Source: a virus
Direction: 5' to 3' (one strand)
DNA length: 64,000 nucleotides
IMG/VR virus record: IMGVR_UViG_3300030116_007754
Location: 5,052 to 69,051 of that record
Shown here piece after piece: positions 30,601 through 40,741 of the stretch; the stretch's first letter is position 1; every line of letters starts with the position of its first letter. Below the pieces are notes generated by a model, which was given only the letters and a program-made list of their open reading frames with translations, ran no database searches and had not been told where the DNA came from. Position numbers and translations under genes: made by a program.

Positions 30601-33600
30601 TAACTCCTGATGTTCCACCAGTAATAGTTACATTGTTAGCTATGGATACAGATCCATTCCAGTCTCTAATGTATAATTTTTGATTGTTATTGTTGTCTCC
30701 ATTAATAGTGTTTGAAGTTCCTGTAATTTTATGGATTATTCCTGAGGCCGAACCAATAGATACTGTTTCTCCTTCTATAAAATTATCAACACTACCATTA
30801 ATTCCAACTACAATATTTTTAGATCTAGCAGTTACATTTGAACTATTTGAAAAAGCCCAGTTTAACTCCATATTCTTCATTGCAACTTTAGGTGAAAGCT
30901 CATGTGCTTCTTGATCAATACCAATATTATAATCAGCATTTCTTACATCTCCAACATTATGTGTTTGGAAATTATCAACCAAGAAACCATTTTTAAATCT
31001 AGCAAAACCTGTATCATCTTTTACATCAAACTGACGTGCTTTAGCTTCTAATAATGATAAAGAAGTATAATACTCTAAAGTTCTAATTCTATCATCTAAC
31101 ACACCGATATCAGCCATAGTATATCTTCTTGTTGCAACTTCTCTTATTTCACTAGCTAAATCAGGTCTTTTAAATCTGAGTGCTGATTGAAAAGGTAATG
31201 ATGGATATGGTTTTTGTGTTATATAAGCTAATGGCATCATATCCGGATTGAATGTGTTTGGAAAGAATGGTCTTTCTCTAGGAACACCTTTATCAACTCT
31301 TAAATCTCCATTACCATCTATCAATACTATATCTCTTCTTCCAAGATAAATTTGAAGATCAACATCAAAGTTACTTGCTGGAATAGGATAGTGTAATCCA
31401 CCTGATGTTTCAACTATAGTTGTTCTTGTAGATGGATTAGTTGTTGCACTTGCTAGTGCTGTTGTATCTGTAGCTGAATCTTGAATTCTAGGACGAACAT
31501 CAATATGACCTCTCAAATCATATTGTCTTCCAGTTACTGGTGAAGTATATACTGGAATCTCAGCTGTTGCTATTGCAACATTACTTGAAGTATTAGCATC
31601 ATTAATAGGATAACTATCAACTGAAAAATAACCTGTTCCTTGAGAACTATCATGTGCAAAATAATCTAAACTAACTAAAAGATGATCAGTATTAGATATT
31701 TGCAATGCAGAATCTGGAGCTTTTTTAATTTTACCATGATCATAAAAATTATCTCTTTGTCCAAAATCTAATAAAAAGTCAGATGTTACATCAGTTCCTT
31801 GAGTTGCAGATGTAAAAGCTGATGAACTTTTTCTAATAAAATTAATATTAAATACATCTGAAAATCCTAAATTGTATGGACCTTCAAAATTATTGGATCC
31901 ACTAGCAGTGTTAGCTAATGCATTGTTTCCAACAAATATTTTGACTAATCTTTTGGTTCTTAATAATTTAGATTTTTCTTTACCATTTTGTTTTCTTAAT
32001 TTAGTAGTAATTCTAGCATTAACAGAAGTTCTTAATTCTTCCTTCAAAGCAAAATTAACTGATGTTGAAGATGCTACTGTTGCAGTTCTATCTGCTCCAG
32101 CACTAGAACCATTGTTAGCTCCTTTACCACTTAAATTAATTACAGTGCCTGCTGGAAATACTTTTTCATAACCTCTGGCTGAAATAGTTCCACTTGAAGT
32201 TTCTAATGTTTTAATAGTTGTTGAATTTGTTATTTCACTTACTGTAAATATATCGGTTTGACCAAAAGGTCTAATTTTATCTCCAATTGCAAACATTGTA
32301 TCAAAACTAGTACCAGTACCATTTAATGTATTTGAAGTTCCTGTTACTGATACTTGTCCAGTAAGTCCACCTGTGTTAGCTCCAGAATCTAGAACTACAT
32401 GAAAATTTTGTTGTTTTTGTGTTGTACTTAAAGCACCAGTTCCTAAAATAAATGTTTCATCTGCATCAGATGATACTGAAAAAGTTCCATCTGTTCCAAT
32501 AGTTGCTGTAAATGTTTTGTAGAAATCAAACTCAGTATCAACTGATCCTGATGAATCTCTAACAGTTTTTATGAACATTGATGGTAGTTCAAAAACACCT
32601 CTATTGAAACCAGAATCTGTAAGTACTGTATTTGAATTTACTTGAACTGCATCAGCTTTAGCTATTGGTCCTGATCCTGTTGGCGGATCATAATAAAAAC
32701 TTTTAACATTGTTAAATGTGTTTGCAGTCATTTTGATATCATAAAGATACATTTTATACAATGCGTTTTGTGAACCTCTTAATCCAGATGAATGTTCTAA
32801 ACCTCTTATTCTTGCTTCACCAATTTTATTTCCTTCTTTTCCTGTAACACCTAATGAAGTATTAGATACACTATGTTGAACTTTGTCATATAATTCAACT
32901 CTATCATGACCACTAACATCCCAAGAACCACTTAACTCTCTTACATTTACAAAGTTACCATAGTTTGCAGATACTAGTACATCATCTTTTTGTTTATGTG
33001 TGATAGCTTTATCAAGTGCTAAGTGTTTAGTAACTATATCTTCATTTCTAAATCCTGCAACATAAGAAACACCAGATGTCTTTTCAATAGCTACTTGCTG
33101 AGTATTACCACCAGCTGATGAAGTTAAAAATCCTTGGTTATTTCCTTCTCTAAGATGTTCTTTGAGTGTAATTTTATTACCAGTAATATTATAGTTACCA
33201 CTCTCTTCATGAGTCCTTTCAGCCATTGCATCACCAAGCTCATTATATCTTGGTTCATTGCCTAACATAGTCATGTAGCCATTTTTAAATCTAACTAATT
33301 CAACAAAGTCTGATGCAGTTTCACTATCTAAATATTTAACTAACGAAGGAGTAATAGTTAATCTGTTAGCACCTGGAGCTGTATAGTTATATGCTCCTTG
33401 AGCTGGATCTAATAATGTTGTATCTGTATTACTTGTAGTAATACTTTCTGTTAATTTAAATCCTACTCTAAAATTAGCTGTATTAGAATTATACTCACCA
33501 ACCACTATAGAAGTAGCAGGAACAGCTATGAAATGATCTTTAGCAAATATAACACCTTGTCCAAAAGTAACTCTACTACCAAAACCATCTGCTGCTGATG

Positions 33601-34102
33601 CTAAAACTCTAGCTGTCTGTCCTGTATTAGAAGTTAAAACTTCACCAGCTGTAAAAGTAGTTTGTGTTGTTGTATTACCACCATCTGTGTATTGTAAATA
33701 AAGTGTTTTTGTACCTGGAGTATTTGCTTCACTACCAAACTTTGTATCAACTACTAACGCTTTAACACCACTAGTATTACCAGTAACTTCAGTATTAAGT
33801 AATAAACTTAAATTAGCTACACCACCAGTTGCATTATTATCTCTAATTCTAATAAATGGTACTCTTTCATCATAAGCAACTTCAACTCCTCTTACTACTG
33901 ATCCTTCTTTAAATACATGTTCTGCAAATCTATCAATTTGATTCTGTAATAGAGTTTGCATCTGAGTTAGCTCTCTAGCTTGTACAGCTAATCCAGGTCT
34001 AAATAAAAGTCTATAAAAATTCTTATCTTCTTTGAAATCGTCGTAATATGGATCTACATTTAGACTTGTTCTTAATGATTGTGTGTTACTTATTCCTACC
34101 AT
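27671..34102 (-). CDS. Large virion structural protein, VrlC/DUF4815-like
   Basis: PYYDDF..LFRPGLAVQARELTQMQT..APGANRL..RTHEESGNY..LEYYTSLSLLE..RFKNGFLVDNF..DPLAQSF..PRVRDLRVLAL. Confidence 0.85.
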   Translation of the reverse strand: MVGISNTQSLRTSLNVDPYYDDFKEDKNFYRLLFRPGLAVQARELTQMQTLLQNQIDRFAEHVFKEGSVVRGVEVAYDERVPFIRIRDNNATGGVANLSLLLNTEVTGNTSGVKALVVDTKFGSEANTPGTKTLYLQYTDGGNTTTQTTFTAGEVLTSNTGQTARVLASAADGFGSRVTFGQGVIFAKDHFIAVPATSIVVGEYNSNTANFRVGFKLTESITTSNTDTTLLDPAQGAYNYTAPGANRLTITPSLVKYLDSETASDFVELVRFKNGYMTMLGNEPRYNELGDAMAERTHEESGNYNITGNKITLKEHLREGNNQGFLTSSAGGNTQQVAIEKTSGVSYVAGFRNEDIVTKHLALDKAITHKQKDDVLVSANYGNFVNVRELSGSWDVSGHDRVELYDKVQHSVSNTSLGVTGKEGNKIGEARIRGLEHSSGLRGSQNALYKMYLYDIKMTANTFNNVKSFYYDPPTGSGPIAKADAVQVNSNTVLTDSGFNRGVFELPSMFIKTVRDSSGSVDTEFDFYKTFTATIGTDGTFSVSSDADETFILGTGALSTTQKQQNFHVVLDSGANTGGLTGQVSVTGTSNTLNGTGTSFDTMFAIGDKIRPFGQTDIFTVSEITNSTTIKTLETSSGTISARGYEKVFPAGTVINLSGKGANNGSSAGADRTATVASSTSVNFALKEELRTSVNARITTKLRKQNGKEKSKLLRTKRLVKIFVGNNALANTASGSNNFEGPYNLGFSDVFNINFIRKSSSAFTSATQGTDVTSDFLLDFGQRDNFYDHGKIKKAPDSALQISNTDHLLVSLDYFAHDSSQGTGYFSVDSYPINDANTSSNVAIATAEIPVYTSPVTGRQYDLRGHIDVRPRIQDSATDTTALASATTNPSTRTTIVETSGGLHYPIPASNFDVDLQIYLGRRDIVLIDGNGDLRVDKGVPRERPFFPNTFNPDMMPLAYITQKPYPSLPFQSALRFKRPDLASEIREVATRRYTMADIGVLDDRIRTLEYYTSLSLLEAKARQFDVKDDTGFARFKNGFLVDNFQTHNVGDVRNADYNIGIDQEAHELSPKVAMKNMELNWAFSNSSNVTARSKNIVVGINGSVDNFIEGETVSIGSASGIIHKITGTSNTINGDNNNNQKLYIRDWNGSVSIANNVTITGGTSGVTRSTVVRYGSLSFWQRLFFNRYRGSYLYSRQQAETHGVPHNQQGGNFPGLGLRPIGHLLTLPYSDELIISQPYASQGRNAQGLSHNYVGTMTLNPDRLIWADQNLGPEVRIDLDNGAIEAIRHIDAELRRLHPNTRNGYSNVTDVTILSSTRERRGRAITDTVTRQIDTTVTDFDFGETQESTFDMVQDVSIQPFIKAARIDVAVHGLKPRTKHFAFFDGTDVSEYISKIDPDTLHANGGFCFANVTSRGSPHSMVTSANGDMNFSFHLPATDELRFRTGSRIPLRITDSSTNSNELGIVNSSAEATLQASGLTVTKSATTLSTRSIGVSQQSNRRVETRRRTWVDPLAQSFFIEKDVIGNDLITEEISSPGVFLTKAEIYFETKSPTHTVDVEIRVMDPSTNQPTQDVVPHSTVTLDPYEINTSSDGSIPTPVFFDTPIFLKTNYSYCLVVRPEPRNLDCKVWTARLGELDRKTESRITTQPHNGILFVSANELTWRQQQEEDLKMNLYVADFGTNQSGTAVLKNKDVEYFKVSNTTSRFINLQDACYGETVVTYGTLANTKLLVDPARNFFANVEVDSNRSIGNFRYNPLTNLADVTNSLTIRETGKVRSVNTSSKTISIQLDSIDVVPPRPPFARMGSGKFLRFRSGDSLTGTIIGNTSTVNTSSFTTPIGTVYNLDEFTSANSRILVLNNSTGDFRANTFFISTNGNIKGHIDEIQVVPSDIQFLQSTQMDLPGCSISATGKMGTTETTLDSEFSDYEVNELTRLGDRKFVFSRSREVSNLSGQKSVEIRYAMSNSSDKRMSPAIDLQLGNFCAMENIINNDSTGETLVQGGGADARYITKTVELNEGQDAEDIRVIFDAYKPETANINVYYKILHADDEDSLALDVSYVQMSQNTVSTVYSSSENQNDFKEYQYTPTNDVMTGINSSIQYTNSNGVTFTGFKKFKIKIVLLTTDPSNPPRVRDLRVLALQR

Positions 34103-35647
34103 TTAAAATCCCATTATTATTTTAAAGTTTTCAATTTGTTCAGTTGCTCTAGTTATTGGCGTTCTGTTCTCAACATATAATACATCTCCATTGTAAAATA
34201 ATAAATCACTATTAGAAGACGGTCTTATAGTTGCAGTTTTGCCAGAAGTAGATCCAGTTATTTGTTCATTATTCTGAAACCTTCCTGTTATATTTATCAC
34301 TCTAAGCGTGCCTGCTGTGTTAGCTGCATTACTATTTGCAAAACTAACTACATTTCCTGTAGCACCACTTGTTCCACCAGTAATTAATTCATCTGCATTA
34401 AAATCTCCAGTTGCACCAGAAAGTGTCATTCTGGTTGTCATATCAAAGTTAATTGTGTTAGCAACGGATCCGTTAGCTAATATTGGATCCTTAATTAAAC
34501 CAAAAGTTCTAATATTATTCTCTAAAGGTAGTGTACCTGATTCAGTTCCACTAAATTCTGAAGTAAGCATAACAAAACTTCCTCCTAATTCCTCTCTTGC
34601 ATTTTTTCCATGTCCATTTCTTGGACTAATAATCGCTCTTCCTGTTGCACTATTACCATGGTTAGTATTAGCAGAAATAGTTACAGTTGCATTAGAATAA
34701 TTAACTCCTGAATTAATAATGTTAATGTAATTAACTGCTCCATTACTAGCTACAACATTAGAATAAGCAAGTGTTCCTGATCCATCACCAGATACAGTCA
34801 CTTTTGGACTTACAATGTATCCACTTGAAGTGTTAGGAGCAGTTGTAAATGCATTATTAACAGTAACTGTTCTAGATACACCCTCGTATCTAACAACATC
34901 TCTAATGAGTCCAGCACCTTTACCAGATGTAATATAAATTGAACTTCCAACATATACTGAATCATTAGCACTTGCAGTGTTAGCTAATGAAAATGAAGTA
35001 CCATTTGCAATACTAGCAAACTGTCCATTAGTGGTAAAGTAACCTCTACCTCCAGCTGTTACCTTTATAATGTTTATTGCACCATTAACAGACGCTTGTT
35101 GTGTTGAAAACTGAGCAGATCCATCATTAGCTGTCAATACTTTAACTGGAATGAATTGATCTGTAACAAACTTACCATTATCTGCACCTGATACTGTATA
35201 CATATACTTCCATTGATAACCATCAGCTGTTTCTATAATTCCAGTTGATGTACCTGTAGGTTGTACTGTTGAATTTGCATTTTTGTTATTGAATAAACAT
35301 TTGTATACGTTTCTATCAGTAGTATAAACATAAAAAGTATTTGCATACAAATTAGAGTCTTCATTATCATATGCAGCATATAATACATTATTAGACCAGT
35401 TGTATCTTTTTAGTGCATATGTGATATCGGTTGTAGCTAACTTTTTAGCAGCTAACATTTGTTTGTAAATATTATAATCGTTATTCTGTGTATCGTTTAT
35501 TGGTGCTGTAACTATAGAATCGTTTGCATAAGGACCAGGTCTTCCAACAAACATGTAAAGTCTTGATGGTGATGTCTCACTAACTGATTCGAATACTTGA
35601 TCTGCAAGGTAATAAGCAAATCTTTTTGTCACATGCGCAGTCGTCAT
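34103..35647 (-). CDS. gp8: Baseplate wedge subunit (T4 gp8-like)
   Basis: LYMFVGRP..RYNW..FYVYT..VYKCLFN..DGYQWKYMY..GDVLYVENRTPITR..QIENFKII. Confidence 0.88.
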   Translation of the reverse strand: MTTAHVTKRFAYYLADQVFESVSETSPSRLYMFVGRPGPYANDSIVTAPINDTQNNDYNIYKQMLAAKKLATTDITYALKRYNWSNNVLYAAYDNEDSNLYANTFYVYTTDRNVYKCLFNNKNANSTVQPTGTSTGIIETADGYQWKYMYTVSGADNGKFVTDQFIPVKVLTANDGSAQFSTQQASVNGAINIIKVTAGGRGYFTTNGQFASIANGTSFSLANTASANDSVYVGSSIYITSGKGAGLIRDVVRYEGVSRTVTVNNAFTTAPNTSSGYIVSPKVTVSGDGSGTLAYSNVVASNGAVNYINIINSGVNYSNATVTISANTNHGNSATGRAIISPRNGHGKNAREELGGSFVMLTSEFSGTESGTLPLENNIRTFGLIKDPILANGSVANTINFDMTTRMTLSGATGDFNADELITGGTSGATGNVVSFANSNAANTAGTLRVINITGRFQNNEQITGSTSGKTATIRPSSNSDLLFYNGDVLYVENRTPITRATEQIENFKIIMGF

Positions 35648-35656
35648 TTAATCTCC

Positions 35657-36535
35657 TTAGATGGCGCCACTATCTTTAATATTAACATTACCATACATTG
35701 CACCTGCATGTGAAGAACAATAATATTGATAAGAGTCTCTTCCAGAAGAAACTATATCATGTGGTATTTGCCAATATAAAACTCCAGTATTCTTACCTTG
35801 AGCACTTGCACCAGTACTTATTGTACCATCAACTGCAACATGGATCAACGTATTTGAAAAATTATTTGTACCAGAGTTACCACTTCTTATATGAAAAGGA
35901 TGAGCTCCAGCTAAACCATTTAAATCAAATGCAATTGTAGTTTCATTTCTTACAGTAAGCTCAGGATTATTAAATGCAGCTCCACCTTTACCAAAACCCA
36001 TATTAGAAACAATATAAGCACTGGATCCATTTGCAGATATATCATATGTTACTGCTGCACCATAGTTTGGTACTGTTGAATAACTTTTACCACTACTGAA
36101 TACAGAAAATACATTTGATACTTGAGTTCTATCTGAAACTAATGTTCTTATAGCATTATTTGTTTGTACTAAGTTCGTGTTTATTAATGTTAATCTTGAG
36201 TTGGTATTAGCTAGTGCTGCTAAACTAACAACGTTTGCTACTTGTGCTCGTTGAGCAATAGCACTATTAGTATTTGCTAAAGCAGCCAAAGAAGCAACGT
36301 TTGCTACTTTTGCGTATAAATTTAATCTTGTATTGATAGCAGAATTAGCTGCATATGTAGCTATTGCATAAGCATTTGAAACTAAAGTTCCTGTATTGGC
36401 AGCTATGGTTGTTCCATCACCTAATGCGTTATAAACTTCTGTAAAATTATCGTTGACTTTATCACCACCAGCACGTAATGTATCACCACTTCCATCATTA
36501 GCACTTGATCCTAGTCCAATTGATTGTTTTGCCAT
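35657..36535 (-). CDS. Baseplate/fibre protein with gp9/gp10-like N-terminus and cupredoxin-like C-terminus
   Basis: MAKQSIGLGSSANDGSGDTLRAGGDKVNDNFTEVY; C-terminal HPFHI..YYCSSHAGAM. Confidence 0.65.
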   Translation of the reverse strand: MAKQSIGLGSSANDGSGDTLRAGGDKVNDNFTEVYNALGDGTTIAANTGTLVSNAYAIATYAANSAINTRLNLYAKVANVASLAALANTNSAIAQRAQVANVVSLAALANTNSRLTLINTNLVQTNNAIRTLVSDRTQVSNVFSVFSSGKSYSTVPNYGAAVTYDISANGSSAYIVSNMGFGKGGAAFNNPELTVRNETTIAFDLNGLAGAHPFHIRSGNSGTNNFSNTLIHVAVDGTISTGASAQGKNTGVLYWQIPHDIVSSGRDSYQYYCSSHAGAMYGNVNIKDSGAI

Positions 36536-36551
36536 CTCTTATCCTTAATCC

Positions 36552-36559
36552 TATTTATA
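36552..36559 (-). promoter_or_regulatory. Late promoter TATAAATA
   Basis: Exact match; continues as TATAAATAGGATTAAGGATAA, identical to the leader at about 21774-21794. Confidence 0.7.
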
Positions 36560-38263
36560 TTAAATTGCATCAAAACTTGTATTAGCTGAGTCAAAGGTTA
36601 ATGTTGTACTATCAAAGTTTACAACTGCACTTGAAGTTGTTGTAACATTACTACTTAGAGCTGTAACCTGAGAAATAATACTTTTTTGACTAACTTCTCC
36701 AAATAATTTAGTTCCAACAGGATGTACTAAATCATCAACAAACTGTTTATATTGTCTTACCATATTATTGGATCTTATAACATAACTATACACCTGATAA
36801 AAGAAGTTATCTTGTAATCTGTTATTCCATGATAAGAAACCTTTTGTATCTATATACTTACCTTCATATGATCTTAAACCAGTAATCTCAGCTGTACCAG
36901 TTGCATTAGCTGTAGGCACTCTACTATTATTAAATATGTTCAACACTTCATACTTGTTAAAACCAGAACCTTTATTGGATCCAACTGTTACTCTCCTTAT
37001 ACCACCAGGTATATGTTGAACTGTAAATACTGCATTTTCACCTTTTATACCACCAGCACCATCAGATATTCTTGCACTAGCTACATCTCTATTGAAAGCT
37101 GATACAGATGGTAAAGGATTATAATTATAACCATATGATGTTTGATAAATTGAATTGATTGTTCCAACTGTAACATTTGCAAAAGTTAATGCATCTACTA
37201 ATCTACTAAAACAGTTAGCTTGAGCTAAGTTAGCATTTAATGATGTAGTATTTCCTCCTAGTGCTGCAAAAGCGGTATTAGTAGTAGAATTAGAAACTCC
37301 ACCTGTCACATTTAGTGGAACATCTTTTAATGAATTTATTTTTTCTGTATTAATACTTAATACTTCAGTATCTTTAATAGTTTGTACATAAGCACCTGCA
37401 CCAACACCCCCAGATGCTGTATTAGGTGATACTGATATTGGAGTGTTTGCAAAGTAACCTGATCCTCCATTAGCTAGATTAATCTGTATTGCACTAAAAT
37501 TATCTGTTTCTGAAACAATACCTTCAGCATCAGTTAAGTTAACTGGACTGGTTAATCTAACATTATCACCTAACTGATAACCAGCTCCTTTATTTAAAAC
37601 TTCAACAGAAACTAATGGACCTGTTACGTTATAAATTGTAGCATTAACTGAGTTAGCTGTATTTCTTACTAATTCTAAATCTTCAAATGTTCCATCAATA
37701 TTACTAAGAAACATTTCTTTAACTAAAAAACCAGATTCAAACGTCTGTGTAATTCTTTCTACTTTAGCTGTTGCACCTGATGATATACCTGTAATATTTT
37801 GTCCTAATAATAATTCAGTATTACCTACTACTGGATCACCAACTCTAATGCTGTTTTCTTGGATCCATCTACCATCAGAAGCTCTAAGAATACTATCACC
37901 TGGATCATAAATTGTAATATCTTCATTATATAATGCTCTAAATAAAAGTTGATAACTTTTTTCACTTCCTCTTGATCTATAGAAATCTTTAGCTCTTTTA
38001 ACTAATATTTTTTGATCTGCAGTTAAAGTTTTTGGAAAAGATGGTAATAATTCTCTTTTAATATATTCAATATATTTTTGAACTGAAGTATCAATATCTT
38101 GATAACTTTCAAGACTTCTTGTAACTTGAATAACATTATTACCTTGCTCTAAAAACTCGTAATAACCTTCAACAAATTTTTGAAATAAAGGAGCATCTTC
38201 CCTGATAAAATCAGGTAGTTGAGTCTTTACTAATGGTGAGACTTTTTTTGAGATAGAAGACAT
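36560..38263 (-). CDS. Baseplate wedge protein (gp7-like)
   Basis: QLPDFIRED..FVEGYYEFLE..FYRSRGSEKS..LFRALY..LQDNFFYQVYSYVI..LVHPVGTKLFG. Confidence 0.75.
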   Translation of the reverse strand: MSSISKKVSPLVKTQLPDFIREDAPLFQKFVEGYYEFLEQGNNVIQVTRSLESYQDIDTSVQKYIEYIKRELLPSFPKTLTADQKILVKRAKDFYRSRGSEKSYQLLFRALYNEDITIYDPGDSILRASDGRWIQENSIRVGDPVVGNTELLLGQNITGISSGATAKVERITQTFESGFLVKEMFLSNIDGTFEDLELVRNTANSVNATIYNVTGPLVSVEVLNKGAGYQLGDNVRLTSPVNLTDAEGIVSETDNFSAIQINLANGGSGYFANTPISVSPNTASGGVGAGAYVQTIKDTEVLSINTEKINSLKDVPLNVTGGVSNSTTNTAFAALGGNTTSLNANLAQANCFSRLVDALTFANVTVGTINSIYQTSYGYNYNPLPSVSAFNRDVASARISDGAGGIKGENAVFTVQHIPGGIRRVTVGSNKGSGFNKYEVLNIFNNSRVPTANATGTAEITGLRSYEGKYIDTKGFLSWNNRLQDNFFYQVYSYVIRSNNMVRQYKQFVDDLVHPVGTKLFGEVSQKSIISQVTALSSNVTTTSSAVVNFDSTTLTFDSANTSFDAI

Positions 38264-40143
38264 TAGTAGTATGTTCCTGATACACCTGAAGTTGTTCCTG
38301 TTTGAGTTGTTCCTGTGTAAGATGTAGTAATAGTTGTAGTTGATCCTGAAGTAGTAACAGAAGACTGTCTACTCTCTACTGCTCCAGTTTCATTATTTAC
38401 TACAGTAACACTTGTTCCTGATAATAATAAAATATTATTTCTCACTGTATTAATATCATTGATAGCTGGCTTAGCTGTCAATTCAATACTTGATGTACTT
38501 GTAATATTAACATTACTTAATGTAATTAATCCTGTTGCATAATTTACAGTTCCTGCATCATTGCTAACATATTGTCTAATATTATTATCACCAAGATAGT
38601 ATAATCTTAAAATTCCAAATCCATCATCATCAATAAATGTTGTTTGTCCGTTGAATGTAAAACCTGTACTACTAATCGCATATAAATGACCAGAATGAGG
38701 ATGGTGAATAGCATTGTTAAATGCAAAGTTATATGTTGTTGCTGTACCACTGTTAGGTGTAAATCTCTTCATCATAGTAAAGGTTGTTCTGGTACTAACT
38801 ATACTAACATCAGCATCTGTTATGGATTTTACAAAAGTACTTTCTCTGAAGTTTTTGTCAAACAAACTAAGTTGACTATTTTCAAAGTTATTAACTGCTG
38901 TAATAACTCTGTTACTTATAGCACCAGCATCTAATGAAGTTAATGCTTTGTCATAACTTACATTGATAGTTGGAACTACATATAAGAAAGTAGCATCAAC
39001 AAATTCAGGTTCAACTGAAACCATGTTTCTTGTTCTTAAAATATCTTTTAGTTCATTCTTTCTTTGATCTGATAATAAATTACCTTCTGTTGGTTTTGCT
39101 GCTATGTAGACTTTACCATAGATTGGTGGATTGTTTTCTTCACCTCCCCAAACACTAACAGCTTGAAGGTCAGGTGCTTCAGCTAATAATAATCTTGAAT
39201 AATCAGCTTTTACTACAGCTCTTCCTTGTCTTTGATAATTTTTTGGAGCATTAAATTTAATACTTTCAATATTTTCAGCATTGGATCCTTGTCTAGCTGC
39301 TGTAGCAACTGTGACACTAAAATTAGTTTGTCCTCCTAATGTTGAAGGTGAAGTAAAATTATTTGCACCATTTGTAATTGAACCATTAACTACTCTATAA
39401 TTAACAATAACAATATTACCATTATCTAACTGTTTACCAAGTACATTATCTCCAAAAAGTAATTCATATCTACCATCTTCATTTTCTTGTATAAAATAAA
39501 CTAAACTTGTAGCTGAAACATCTGTTAAATCACTTGCCTGAGCAAATGTTCTTAATGATGAATTTGAGCTACTTGTCTGTATACTAACTTTTAAACTATT
39601 AGTGTCTATATTATCATTACCTAAAATAAATCTTTGATTAACAGAAGTATCAACTGCTATCCTTTCTTGTACTGGCTCACCTTCTTTAATTACAATATTG
39701 TTTGCTTGATATCCTTCAGATTGTAGAAGTGTATAAGCTCTATCTGTTGTAAACTTATAATCTATTCCATCTAAAGAAGAAACAAATAAAGTGTTTGAAG
39801 AAATAGTAACACTTGCTACGTTTGTAGATGGTGTTATAGTTACATCTAAAGTAGCTTCTGCACCTTTAGCAGAAGTTGGAGTATAACCTAACATTTTAGC
39901 TCTAGCTACAACATTATTTCTTATTTGTGCACTATCTAAAAACATTTCATTAGTTGTCATGTTAGTATAGACAGCATTATAGTATGTATTATAAGCAAGA
40001 AGATCAACTAAATGATTCAATGCACTACCTTCGAAATCATAATCAGCAAATTCAGGTTTAGCTTTCATAAAAGTAATTAAGTTACTTTTGATTGTGTTAA
40101 AATTTAATTCAGTAGCTCTTAAAACACTATTTGCAACTGCCAT
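38263..40143 (-). CDS. gp6: Baseplate wedge subunit (T4 gp6)
   Basis: LNFNTIKSNL..DYDFEGS..LLAYNTYYN..EMFLDSA..SIKFNAP..RAV..WGGEEN.PP.YGKV. Confidence 0.95.
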   Translation of the reverse strand: MAVANSVLRATELNFNTIKSNLITFMKAKPEFADYDFEGSALNHLVDLLAYNTYYNAVYTNMTTNEMFLDSAQIRNNVVARAKMLGYTPTSAKGAEATLDVTITPSTNVASVTISSNTLFVSSLDGIDYKFTTDRAYTLLQSEGYQANNIVIKEGEPVQERIAVDTSVNQRFILGNDNIDTNSLKVSIQTSSSNSSLRTFAQASDLTDVSATSLVYFIQENEDGRYELLFGDNVLGKQLDNGNIVIVNYRVVNGSITNGANNFTSPSTLGGQTNFSVTVATAARQGSNAENIESIKFNAPKNYQRQGRAVVKADYSRLLLAEAPDLQAVSVWGGEENNPPIYGKVYIAAKPTEGNLLSDQRKNELKDILRTRNMVSVEPEFVDATFLYVVPTINVSYDKALTSLDAGAISNRVITAVNNFENSQLSLFDKNFRESTFVKSITDADVSIVSTRTTFTMMKRFTPNSGTATTYNFAFNNAIHHPHSGHLYAISSTGFTFNGQTTFIDDDGFGILRLYYLGDNNIRQYVSNDAGTVNYATGLITLSNVNITSTSSIELTAKPAINDINTVRNNILLLSGTSVTVVNNETGAVESRQSSVTTSGSTTTITTSYTGTTQTGTTSGVSGTYY

Positions 40144-40538
40144 TATCTTACTCTTTCTATGAATAATTCAAGCTGATCAACATCAACTTGATTTCTTGCT
40201 CTAAATTTAATTGTTATTGTAATTCCATGTTGTTCTGGAACTTCTCTTACTAATACATCAATAAGTTGAACTCTAGGTTCAAAGTTAGCTACTGCAAACT
40301 CTATATCATTAGCTATATCATCAGCAATATTAGTATCAAATTGTTCAAACAATCTTGATTTAATATCACTTCCAAAATTAGGACTATATGCTCTTTCAAA
40401 CTTATTAGTAAGTATTATGTTCTTTAAGGACCTTTTGACTGCATCATTATTAGTAAGTGTATTTAACTTTCTAGTCACTGGGTGTCTATCGAAAATTATA
40501 TCAAAGTCTTTATAAACTACACTTTTTGGTAATGGCAT
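40143..40538 (-). CDS. gp25: Baseplate wedge subunit (T4 gp25)
   Basis: YKDFD..HPVT..AVKRSLKNIILT..ER..P.FGS..FEPRV. Confidence 0.92.
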   Translation of the reverse strand: MPLPKSVVYKDFDIIFDRHPVTRKLNTLTNNDAVKRSLKNIILTNKFERAYSPNFGSDIKSRLFEQFDTNIADDIANDIEFAVANFEPRVQLIDVLVREVPEQHGITITIKFRARNQVDVDQLELFIERVR

Positions 40539-40564
40539 TTTTGTTCCTCTTAACTATTTATGAG

Positions 40565-40732
40565 CTATTTTTTCAATTCTTGTAGCTCTTTACGTCTTTC
40601 CTTACACAATTTAGATATTTCACTAAGTGCCTTTCTAGCTCTTGTACCAGCACTTTTATTTCCTGATACTGCTTTCTCATTTTCGTTTGTGTAAGTATTA
40701 AAAAGACTTGTCAAAGTTTCATGTATATCCAT
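40565..40732 (-). CDS. Small basic protein, histone H1-like (Hc1-type) family
   Basis: Not in ORF track. 55 aa MDIHETLTSLFNTYTNENEKAVSGNKSAGTRARKALSEISKLCKERRKELQELKK; GNKSAGTRARKAL motif; RBS AAGGA. Confidence 0.65.
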   Translation of the reverse strand: MDIHETLTSLFNTYTNENEKAVSGNKSAGTRARKALSEISKLCKERRKELQELKK

Positions 40733-40741
40733 TTTATATCC

